From: Candidatus Aegiribacteria sp.
GTDB taxonomy: Bacteria > Fermentibacterota > Fermentibacteria > Fermentibacterales > JCC-6
Length of the DNA: 30,704 nucleotides
Assembly: GCA_046498225.1 (NCBI GenBank)
Contig: JAWOBF010000092.1
Location: forward strand, 1-30,704
Direction: 5' to 3'
Shown: one piece after another, positions 1 to 8,000 of the stretch
Layout of the letters: every line of letters starts with the position of its first letter
Numbering within the stretch: the stretch's first letter is position 1
Program-made: the position numbers and the translations under genes
The notes under the pieces: generated by a model
Database searches by the model: none
Told to the model about the DNA's origin: nothing
What the model saw: the letters and a program-made list of their open reading frames with translations, nothing else

Positions 1-829
1 AGTTATCACCGTATGCCCGGCTGAACATACCAATCTGATCCTCGCCGGTGCAGTGGCACGGCCCGACGAAGCGGACCCCCATTTCCTGGAAGTCCCGAAT
101 GATGGCCATAACCTCCTCCTCGGAACGCCTGCGAAGATGGAAGCCGCCCATTACGAGAAGAATGTCCCGGCCGGCAAGCTCTCGGGCCCGCCTGACTATT
201 TCGGATATTCCCGGGTGGGAGCAGCCGGTTATCACCAGGACGCCCCGGTCCGTGGTTATCATCAGCGACTGCTCTTCCGGGTCGCCCCTCATCTCCCCCG
301 TTGAATAGGCCCCGGGGCAGACCTCTACGGGTCCCCGGACCTCCCTCAGGGCCGCCCCGCGGTCCGTCACGGTCCGGCGGACGTCATCAGGGAACGATTC
401 GGTCAGGAAAACCTCTACATCCGGAGCTGCGACAAGGAGCTGGTCCAGGCCGTCAACATGGTCCCAGTGCCGGTGGGAGAGGAACACGGCCTCTATCTCC
501 CGGGGGTCGCCGGCCAGCCTGGTGATGTTGTCGATGAGCAGTTCGCCGTCGGCTCCCGTATCGAACAGGATTTTCCTCTCCAGGCCTTCTATTACGCAGG
601 CGAAACCCCAGTCGGGGCGGAGTCCTTCGACGAAGGACGTGTTGTCGTACACCACTGTTATTCGGACACCGCTCAGGGGGACTTCCTCTACTTCCAGGCT
701 CTCCATTATTCTCTCCTCCTCGAAACTTCCGTGGAAGGTCTCCAATGGAAGGGCGATAATTCCTGTAAGATACCCCGCGAGTAACCAGACCGCCGCGGCG
801 GCAAGGGTCAGGAAGCGGAGCAGTATCAT
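1..829 (-). CDS. MBL-fold metallo-hydrolase (COG1237-like), 3' end runs off the window
   Basis: Not in the ORF track because it has no stop in the window. Manual minus-strand translation gives RITVVYDN..DWGFACVIE..KILFDTG..VFLSHRHWDHVDGL (HxHxDH), then VITGCSHPG, VMGGFHL and GPCHCTG. Start is ATG 829 (adds a hydrophobic N-terminus) or ATG 706 (AGGAGG upstream). Confidence 0.88.
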   Translation of the reverse strand, partial: MILLRFLTLAAAAVWLLAGYLTGIIALPLETFHGSFEEERIMESLEVEEVPLSGVRITVVYDNTSFVEGLRPDWGFACVIEGLERKILFDTGADGELLIDNITRLAGDPREIEAVFLSHRHWDHVDGLDQLLVAAPDVEVFLTESFPDDVRRTVTDRGAALREVRGPVEVCPGAYSTGEMRGDPEEQSLMITTDRGVLVITGCSHPGISEIVRRARELAGRDILLVMGGFHLRRRSEEEVMAIIRDFQEMGVRFVGPCHCTGEDQIGMFSRAYGDN

Positions 830-911
830 CCTTCAGCCCCCGGGTGCAATGAAGCAGCCATGTCTCGCTCAATCCTTCCGGTATACGGATCGTACAGGAC
901 GGAACACTGTT

Positions 912-940
912 ACTATACATCCCCCGCGAATGCATGTTAA
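912..940 (-). promoter_or_regulatory. Putative sigma70 promoter for the MBL hydrolase
   Basis: Minus strand TTAACA-N17-TATAGT. Confidence 0.4.
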
Positions 941-997
941 TATCTGCATTGAGTATCCGACCCGCTTTCAATTCGGCGGAAGCTGCGAAAAGCTGTT

Positions 998-1026
998 TTG
1001 AGATATGTCTCGGCCATGGTTAGATT
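998..1026 (+). promoter_or_regulatory. Putative sigma70 promoter for the secreted hypothetical protein
   Basis: TTGAGA-N17-TAGATT, about 65 nt upstream of the start codon. Confidence 0.45.
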
Positions 1027-1090
1027 AAATGGGAAGTATTTTCGGTGAGACCGCTGACATCGGTAACCTTTGTTTAAGGAGTGTATGATT

Positions 1091-1744
1091 ATGAGAACTT
1101 CGTTCATTCTGCTGCCGGTTCTGCTGGCTGCGTCCGTCTGTTACGGAACCGATGGGTCCCTTCAGGCCTGGGACCTTGCCCTGGAGGACCTGCTTCCGGA
1201 GGAGGAAGGCTTTATATGGCGCTACTGGGGGTTCGCCGAGTACGGCCACTGGATGCATCTCGATGAGATAGAGGAGACCGGGGACGGAACCGTCTACCGG
1301 GTGAGCGGAATGGTGGAGGACATGTCCGCCGGCGAAGCCACGGGGGACTTTTCCATCAGCCTGGAGTACACGGTGTCCGACAGCGTGCTCTCCGTGGTTC
1401 AGCGCTCACCCATGGCCATGGACAACGATTTCATGGAGATGGAGCTTCTGAGGCTTCCCATCGCCGAGGGGAACAGGTGGTCCCAGACCGCGGTGGACAT
1501 GCATGGCTCAGAGGTCAGGCTGGTCTGCGGGGTGGAGGAGGTAGGGGAGAGGACCGTCACCGTACGCTACAGTATGCCCGACAGCCCCTTCTACCAGCTG
1601 AGGGTATTCGAGGAGGGCATGGGCGTGGTGACCTTCGAAAAGCTCTACATCTCCCCGGACGGGAATTTCGAGGTAGGCTACACCCTGTTCCGGGAGTCGG
1701 ACTTCACTCCCGATAGCGTCCCGAAGTCCCGAAAGCTGAAATAA
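1091..1744 (+). CDS. Secreted hypothetical protein (acidic, beta-rich)
   Basis: AAGGAG at 1076-1081 precedes ATG 1091 (alternative 1085). N-terminus MRTSFILLPVLLAASVCYG resembles a signal peptide. About 217 aa; no family recognised with confidence. Confidence 0.75.
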   Translation: MRTSFILLPVLLAASVCYGTDGSLQAWDLALEDLLPEEEGFIWRYWGFAEYGHWMHLDEIEETGDGTVYRVSGMVEDMSAGEATGDFSISLEYTVSDSVLSVVQRSPMAMDNDFMEMELLRLPIAEGNRWSQTAVDMHGSEVRLVCGVEEVGERTVTVRYSMPDSPFYQLRVFEEGMGVVTFEKLYISPDGNFEVGYTLFRESDFTPDSVPKSRKLK

Positions 1745-1788
1745 CATCGGCCCCTGCAGCCGCAGTTATACCGCCGGGCAGGGAGCTC

Positions 1789-2595
1789 TCACCGGTCGGC
1801 CTGCCGATCCGGTTCATCGCGGATGAGCATATCTTTCAGGCTCACTTCGGGATGGTGGTACCTGGGCTGCTTCTCCGTCCTGCGGCCGAACTGGACGGCC
1901 TCCTCCGGGCACCAGTGGAAGCATGCGAAGCACTGCTGGCAGCGGTTGCCCCAGATGGGCCGGCCCTCATCGTCCAGCTCAATATTCCTCACCGGGCATA
2001 CCTGAACGCATAATCCGCACGAAGTGCATCTGTCGTCAGCGCGGAACCTGCCGGCCTGCTTCGATACGTTCCTGCTGAAAAGAGGGTGTACCACCCTGCC
2101 CAGCAGTGAGAAGAACAGGTTGTTCCTCCCGCAGCTGCCGCGCCAGCCTTCCGCAACCTTCTCGACGATGGCGTCGAGTTCCTTCTCGGCGGCTTCGAGG
2201 ACGGCTGCCTGTTTTTCGCTCCCCGGCGCGCCGCCCATGGGAGGGTAGTTCTCCACCATTCGGAGCGTCATTGAGGCGTCCAGGACGATTCCTCTCTTCT
2301 CCAGCTTCCTCCCGGTTATGGACATGGTGGACCCGGGTGAACTGCCGCAGGTGGCGACGGCGAAGACGTAGTCCGGAGACCCGGCGGGAAGGTTCTCTAT
2401 GAATTCAGCCACAAGGGCGGGCGGTCCCCATGCATACACGGGGAAGACCAGGCCCAGCTGCCGCGGCAGTTCCTCCACTTCTCCTGTCGCTTCGGCAACG
2501 GGTATGAGTTCCGCGCCCTCGACAGCTTCCCCTATCCTCTTAGCTACATGCAGCGAATTGCCGCTTCCCGAGAACCAGTAGATCTCTGTTCCCAT
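1789..2595 (-). CDS. EFR1-family ferredoxin (N-terminal flavodoxin-like domain + 2x[4Fe-4S] domain)
   Basis: YWFSGSGNS and LVFPVYAWG flavodoxin-like motifs; CTSCGLCVQVCP and CQQCFACFHWCP; C-terminal RYHHP. CAGGAGG upstream of ATG 2595. Confidence 0.9.
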   Translation of the reverse strand: MGTEIYWFSGSGNSLHVAKRIGEAVEGAELIPVAEATGEVEELPRQLGLVFPVYAWGPPALVAEFIENLPAGSPDYVFAVATCGSSPGSTMSITGRKLEKRGIVLDASMTLRMVENYPPMGGAPGSEKQAAVLEAAEKELDAIVEKVAEGWRGSCGRNNLFFSLLGRVVHPLFSRNVSKQAGRFRADDRCTSCGLCVQVCPVRNIELDDEGRPIWGNRCQQCFACFHWCPEEAVQFGRRTEKQPRYHHPEVSLKDMLIRDEPDRQADR

Positions 2596-2708
2596 TCGGT
2601 ATTCCTCCTGTGCCGGTTTTGGTCTCTTCATGCAAGCGGAACATGAACGATCGTTCTGAACCGCGCTTCGTCAACGGTATGTCCGGCCGGGGGATGAGGC
2701 CGGAATTG

Positions 2709-2736
2709 AAAAGGGGGCGGCTCCGCGGCCGCCCCC
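2709..2736 (-). terminator. Rho-independent terminator after the lipoprotein gene
   Basis: 9-bp GC stem (GGGGGCGGC/GCCGCCCCC), 6-nt loop, followed by TTTT on the minus strand, 15 nt after the stop at 2752. Confidence 0.7.
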
Positions 2737-2751
2737 GGCAAGGAAGCGAAT

Positions 2752-3534
2752 CTAGTCCATGTCGGACAGGGTCACGTTCCATTCGTAGCCGTCGGGGCCT
2801 ATCTCCACCTCCCATTTCGAGTAGGTGTCGGCGTCCTCGTCTATCACCCTGATGTCGTAAGTTCCGGGCTCCACCATGATGGTGACGGCCTGGTCCTCCG
2901 CCAGGATGTAGTCATCACCGAGCCTTTCGGCGCTCCATTCCGGGTCGGATGAGGGATCTATCATCACGCCGTGAATCTCCCAGCCTCCGAGGGCGTTGGT
3001 GAGCGTCACCGGAGCGGTGCCGGTGCCCACTGTATAGTTTTCCGGAACGGGCATAAGACCAGGGTTCAGGTTGCCTTCCAGAATGTCGTCCACGGTAATT
3101 CCGGTACCTTCGAGGGTTTCTTCCATGCCCTCGCGGATGAAGCCTTCCAGATCGGCTTTCCAGACATCATCCTCAAGAACGAAGTCCATCGATTCCTGGG
3201 AGGTCTGAAGAACAGCGGTATTCCCCTCCACCGTAACAGAGGTCACGTTCCTGTCGTATCCGCTTATTCCCTCTCCCTGCAGGAACTCGGTGAACATGTC
3301 GGCGCCGTCCTGGTAGTCACCTGCGCCAACATCGGTCATTGCCGAGGCGAGCCTGTTCATGAAGCCCCTGGTATTGCTGCTGAGAAGCCGGAAGACCTGC
3401 TGGCCGTCGGCGGCCTCCATGGCGTCCAGGAGCTCGTTGTACGAATTTTCGACGGCCTTTTCCTCGGATGTCCCGCCGCAGGCCAGTACCATCATCATCG
3501 CGGTGAGCAGCGTGAGCGCTTTGCCTGATCTCAT
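2752..3534 (-). CDS. Lipoprotein: NTF2-like (DUF4878-like) N-terminal domain + C-terminal beta-sandwich domain
   Basis: Lipobox VLA-C after a basic/hydrophobic N-terminus; VTVEGNTA..FVLEDDVWK motif; C-terminal TLTN..W....LG....L..GTYDIRVID. Confidence 0.8.
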   Translation of the reverse strand: MRSGKALTLLTAMMMVLACGGTSEEKAVENSYNELLDAMEAADGQQVFRLLSSNTRGFMNRLASAMTDVGAGDYQDGADMFTEFLQGEGISGYDRNVTSVTVEGNTAVLQTSQESMDFVLEDDVWKADLEGFIREGMEETLEGTGITVDDILEGNLNPGLMPVPENYTVGTGTAPVTLTNALGGWEIHGVMIDPSSDPEWSAERLGDDYILAEDQAVTIMVEPGTYDIRVIDEDADTYSKWEVEIGPDGYEWNVTLSDMD

Positions 3535-3568
3535 TCCCTCTCCTTCCCGAGATTGTGGTAATTCAGCC

Positions 3569-3682
3569 GCACCGACCGCATTCTGAATCGCTATTCAGGC
3601 CTGTGACGGCTGCCACCGGCACAAACCTGAATAACGATCCTTTGCAGGAGAAGCCTTTGAGACAGCTCCTGTCGTTCGGTGC
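3569..3682 (-). ncRNA. Candidate structured 5' leader RNA (three-way junction), family not recognised
   Basis: Closing stem 3673-3682/3569-3578; stem CAGGAG/CTCCTG 3645-3671; long hairpin 3587-3638 with G-U pairs and a GGCA tetraloop on the minus strand. Lies between the promoter at 3708-3737 and ATG 3534. Confidence 0.45.
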
Positions 3683-3707
3683 ATCCCCCAATGCCGTTCA
3701 AAAATAA

Positions 3708-3737
3708 AGCATACTCTCAGCATCGATATGCCGTCAA
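3708..3737 (-). promoter_or_regulatory. Putative sigma70 promoter for the lipoprotein gene and leader
   Basis: TTGACG-N18-TATGCT on the minus strand. Confidence 0.55.
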
Positions 3738-3820
3738 TGAGAGCGCGGGGCTATAATGCCTCTCCCGGTTTCCGGATCAGGCGGATCAGGACATTCCTTC
3801 GTTGAACAACCCATTATCTG

Positions 3821-4321
3821 CTAGTTCGAAGAAGGCACCGCCGGTCCGCCTATCCAGTCCCTGACGGAGATCTTCCAGGTTCCGTCTTCCCGGACCACCG
3901 GCACTTCGGCGACATCGGATACCTCATCGAAGTAGGCTCCGACCACCATGACCTCGCCCCTGTCGCCTTCAACTTCCACATCTACTACATCCAGTTCCAC
4001 AAGGTTGATGGTGGCGAATCCGGGCTCATTGAGGAGCTCCGCCAGGAATTCCCGCGCGGTCATGTCCTCGATGACCCCATCCTCCACATCCACGCCTATC
4101 TGGGCGGCCATGGCCCTGGGGTCGTCAACGGCTTTCACCATGCTGAGTATCTGGTCGATGTCATCCAGGGAAGTCCGGCTGACGTAGGTTACAGCCTGTT
4201 CGCTGTCCAGCTCCGCCAGCGCGTTCAGAAAACCCATGACTGGGTCTTCCGGACTGTTGGCTTGCGCCGCAGGCGCGAAGAGCAGAAGCAGAACACACAT
4301 GGTTCCTGCCAGATAATACAT
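3821..4321 (-). CDS. Secreted NTF2-like (DUF4878-like) protein
   Basis: GGAGG then ATG 4321; signal peptide ending AAQA; SPEDPVMGFLNAL..DVEVEGDRG..VVREDGTWK. Confidence 0.78.
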   Translation of the reverse strand: MYYLAGTMCVLLLLFAPAAQANSPEDPVMGFLNALAELDSEQAVTYVSRTSLDDIDQILSMVKAVDDPRAMAAQIGVDVEDGVIEDMTAREFLAELLNEPGFATINLVELDVVDVEVEGDRGEVMVVGAYFDEVSDVAEVPVVREDGTWKISVRDWIGGPAVPSSN

Positions 4322-4364
4322 TAATCTACCTCCAATTTTAATTAATAAACTGACTATCAATCAA

Positions 4365-4393
4365 AGCATAGTATCATTCCCCGCCCTCGTCAA
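4365..4393 (-). promoter_or_regulatory. Putative sigma70 promoter
   Basis: TTGACG-N17-TATGCT on the minus strand; hexamers identical to those at 3708-3737. Confidence 0.55.
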
Positions 4394-4434
4394 TGCGATG
4401 GGATGTTCGAAACAGCCATTATTCAGGAGTCTAC

Positions 4435-4463
4435 TTGTAGAAAAACAGTTCGCAGGTTATTTT
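4435..4463 (+). promoter_or_regulatory. Putative promoter for the cheD-kinase operon
   Basis: TTGTAG-N17-TATTTT in an AT-rich intergenic stretch. Confidence 0.35.
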
Positions 4464-4495
4464 ACTTTGCTTTCATTCAATCCCTGGAGGTCATT

Positions 4496-5083
4496 GTGCA
4501 AAAGAAAGCGATGGCCATTGATACCGCTATTCGGGCTCCGTTGCACTGCCTGGATGGCAGTGGTCATGAGATCGGGTCCGGGATGGAGATCAGCGTGGAT
4601 ACCGGAGAGGTCAAAGCGGGAGGGGCAGGCACGGTCCTCAGAGCCGGGGCCCTGGGGTCGTGTGTTGCCCTGGTGGCGTACGACCGGAGTTCCAGCGTTG
4701 GAGGGATTGCTCATGTGATGCTTCCCGGAGCCTGCATACCTGCTCGAAGGAACGGCGGACTTCCAACAAGGTTCGCTGTCAACGCAACCGGGGAGCTCAT
4801 GCGGCTGATGGCACGTGAAAGCTTCGGGCTGAATGATCTCCTCCTGTTCCTTGTAGGAGGAGGAAACGTACTCGGGCCGGGCCATGACAGCCCGGGCCCC
4901 GCGATCGTACGGAGCCTGATGAGAACTCTGGCGGCGGAAGGGCTCACCCCCCTGGCGATGGAAACCGGAGGGAGTCTGCGGCGGACATGCACCCTCGACT
5001 GCATGTCCGGCAGGGTCATGTACACTGTCGGGGATTCCCCGCAGCGGGTACTCTGGTACAGGGAAGGAGGTCTGATCTCATGA
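4496..5083 (+). CDS. cheD: CheD-family glutamine deamidase (divergent, no chemotaxis genes in the window)
   Basis: V.TGEV..LGSCVALVAYD..VGGIAHVMLP (catalytic Cys/His pair), LVGGGNV, ETGG..RR. Start uncertain: GTG 4496 (GGAGG upstream), ATG 4511 or ATG 4583. Confidence 0.85.
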   Translation: MQKKAMAIDTAIRAPLHCLDGSGHEIGSGMEISVDTGEVKAGGAGTVLRAGALGSCVALVAYDRSSSVGGIAHVMLPGACIPARRNGGLPTRFAVNATGELMRLMARESFGLNDLLLFLVGGGNVLGPGHDSPGPAIVRSLMRTLAAEGLTPLAMETGGSLRRTCTLDCMSGRVMYTVGDSPQRVLWYREGGLIS

Positions 5084-8000
5084 GCAGCGATATGACGGCC
5101 TCTGTAATCCATGACGCTCCCGTGATGATATCCACCCATGACAGGGATCACAACATACTCTGGGCGAACGGTGAATTCTGCAGGAGGGCCGGCCTGCCGC
5201 TCAGTGAACTGGCCGGCAAGAAATGCTACAGCATCTGGAAGCTCGACAAACCGTGCGCCGGCTGCCCGGAGGCGGCCACGCTGAAGACCGGTCTGACGGA
5301 AGAGGCCGAACTGACTCCGTACAACCAGGACGGCTGGAGCGAGGACCAGGGTTCCCTTTACGTGAGGTCCGCCCCCCTCAGGGACGAGAACGGGTCCGTA
5401 ATCGGAACCGTGGAGGTTATATACGACATCACCGAACGTATATGCGCGCGGGAGGCCAGGAACGAAGCCTTCCGCACCCTGCAGGCGGCGAATCAGCAGC
5501 TGACAGCGGCCGAACAGCAGTTGAAGGCATCGAACCAGCAGCTTCGGGCGGCCGAGCAGCAGCTTCGTGCCTCCAACCGGCAGCTGAAAGCTACTGAAAA
5601 CAATCTGAAAGAACGGATCAAGGAGCTGAACTGCCTCTTCGAACTGTCCGGAATACTGGAACGTACCCGGGTACCCGTGGGCGATACCCTGCAGGCCACC
5701 GTGAACATGATCCCTCCGGCGGTTCAGTATCCGGAAGAGGCTCGCGCGCGCATTACGCTGAACGGGGAGTGCTACACCGCCGGGAAATTTCAGGAGACGG
5801 AGCATAGAATATCATCGCCTATAACTGTCCACGGTGAAACGGCTGGCTCGGTGGAGGTTTCCTACATTCGGGAGCTGCCTTTCCTGAAAGAGGAATCCGA
5901 CCTTATCGAGAACATCTCGTTGAAACTTGGCATTTACATAGAGCAGAAAGACACACTGAACCGACTTCATGACATCGAATGGATGCTCACCGGTGAAGTG
6001 GCTGATGAGGATATTCCCGACCCGGAGTACGGCGACCTCAGCCGGCTGAACCAGGATGGGGTCATACTGAACTCGGTGGGCAGGGAGCAGCTGAACGACA
6101 TCACGTCGGAGTACCTGGGTTTGCTGGGCACCTCCGCCGCCATTTATGAGAGAAACGGGGACTACGCTCTTGGACTGTTCTCATCGGGATGGTGCAGAAT
6201 GATGGACGCCGCCTCGCGGAACCTCTGCGGGACCTCCGACAACAGAGAGGCTCTGAACAGCGGGAAATGGCTCTGCCACGAGTCATGCTGGCAGGACGCC
6301 TCCCTGAGGGCCATTGAGGAGGGCGGCCCGGTGGACATCGAGTGCAGCGGCGGGATCAATTTGTATGCCTTTCCCGTAAGAGCCGGCGGCAGGATAGTCG
6401 GAGCTGTTAACTTCGGCTACGGCGACCCTCCTTCCGACGGGGAAAAGCTCCAGGAGCTGTCGAAGGAATACCGATTGCCCCTTGAGGACCTTCGCAGGGA
6501 ATCGGAGGCCTACCGCAGCAGACCCGGCTTCATCGTGAGCTATGCAAAAAAGCGGCTTCAGAAAGCTGCCGGATACCTTGGTTACATAATCGAGCGGAAG
6601 GAGGCGGAGGAGGAACTGGAACGAAGCCGGGCAATGCTAGCCCGTACAGAGAGAATAGCCCGCGTGGGGAGCTGGGAATGGGATGTTGAATCGGATACGG
6701 TGAAGTGGTCCGAAGAACTTTACCGGATATTCGGGAGGGATCCATCTTCGGGCGCCCCCTCCTTCGCGGAACACCCGAACATCTACTCTCCCGAGGACAT
6801 GGCGCTGCTCCGCGAAGCTGTTAACGAGGCGCTGGCCAGCGGTACGCCCTACGAGCTGGAGCTGCATGCGATCCGGCCGGACGGTTCAGGAAGACTGTGC
6901 AGGATCCGCGGCCATGCGGACAAGGAACCGGGGCGGAGGGCATCGCGGCTGTACGGTTCGTTCCAGGACATTACCGAGCAGCGGGAGGCGGAGGAAGCTC
7001 TTCGCAGCAGCGAAGAAAAGTACCGCCTTCTGGCGGACAACACGGTGGACTGCATCTGGCGTCTTTCCCTCGACGGTGTATTCCAGTACATAAACCCGGC
7101 GGTTGAAGATCTTCTGGGGTACTCACCCGAAGAGATCATAGGTACACGCCTGAGCGATTACTGCGATGAGGAAAACTTCGCCGTGATGGCCGGTGAGATC
7201 GCGGAGGCGCTGGCAGACCCGGAGGAATTCGAGAGAGCGCCCTTCACCGCGGAAATGGTCAGACGCGACGGTTCGGTCATTCAGGTGGAGATAACCGGTA
7301 AAGTCATCTGTTCGGAGGCAGGCGATCCAATCGTGCTTCAGGGAGTTACGCGCGACATTACCGAGCGGGTGACAGCGGAGAAGGAGATGGCCCGGCTGAT
7401 GTCGGCTGTGGAACAGGCGGCGGAAGTGTTCGTCATCACCGATACCGATGGGACCATACTCTATGTAAACCCAGCATTCGAAGAGGTTACAGGATACCGC
7501 AGGGAGGAGGCTGTGGGCAGCAACCCCAGGATCCTGAAAAGCGGTGAGCATGATGAGGAATTTTACAGGGAACTGTGGAACACTCTCACCGAGGGGAATA
7601 CGTGGACCGGTCGCTTCGTCAACAGAAGGAAGGACGGAAAGCTGTACACCGAGGAAGCTGTCATCTCCCCGGTGCGTGACCCCTCAGGGAAGATAACGCA
7701 TTACGCGGCGGTCAAGCGGGATATTACCGAACAGCTCAGGGTATCGGCGATGCTGGAGCACGCGCAGAAGATGGAATCGGTCGGCCGGCTGGCCGGAGGT
7801 GTGGCGCACGATTACAACAACATGCTGAGCGTCATCATGGGCTATACCGAGATGGCCCTCAACAGGACGGATCCGAGCAGCGCCCTTCACGCCGACCTCA
7901 CCGAAGTGCTGAGCGCGGCGAAACGCTCCGCGGACATCACCAGACAGCTTCTGGCCTTCGCGCGGAAACAGACCGTGGAACCGAAAGTGCTTGACATAAA

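Noticed and set aside
929..950. AATGCA-N10-TGCATT inverted repeat over the putative -35
   Set aside because: Only 6-bp arms and no regulator gene nearby; too weak to call
48..1001. Short ORF-track calls at the left edge
   Set aside because: They overlap the minus-strand MBL hydrolase, which the track missed because it lacks an in-window stop
3569..3682. Assignment to a known RNA (c-di-GMP, glycine, TPP, SAM, cobalamin riboswitch, SRP, 6S, tRNA)
   Set aside because: Diagnostic conserved nucleotides were not found by eye; left unassigned pending an Rfam search
5479..5598. DNA-level VNTR or CRISPR-like array
   Set aside because: Units are in-frame, differ at synonymous positions and have no spacers; this is a protein heptad repeat
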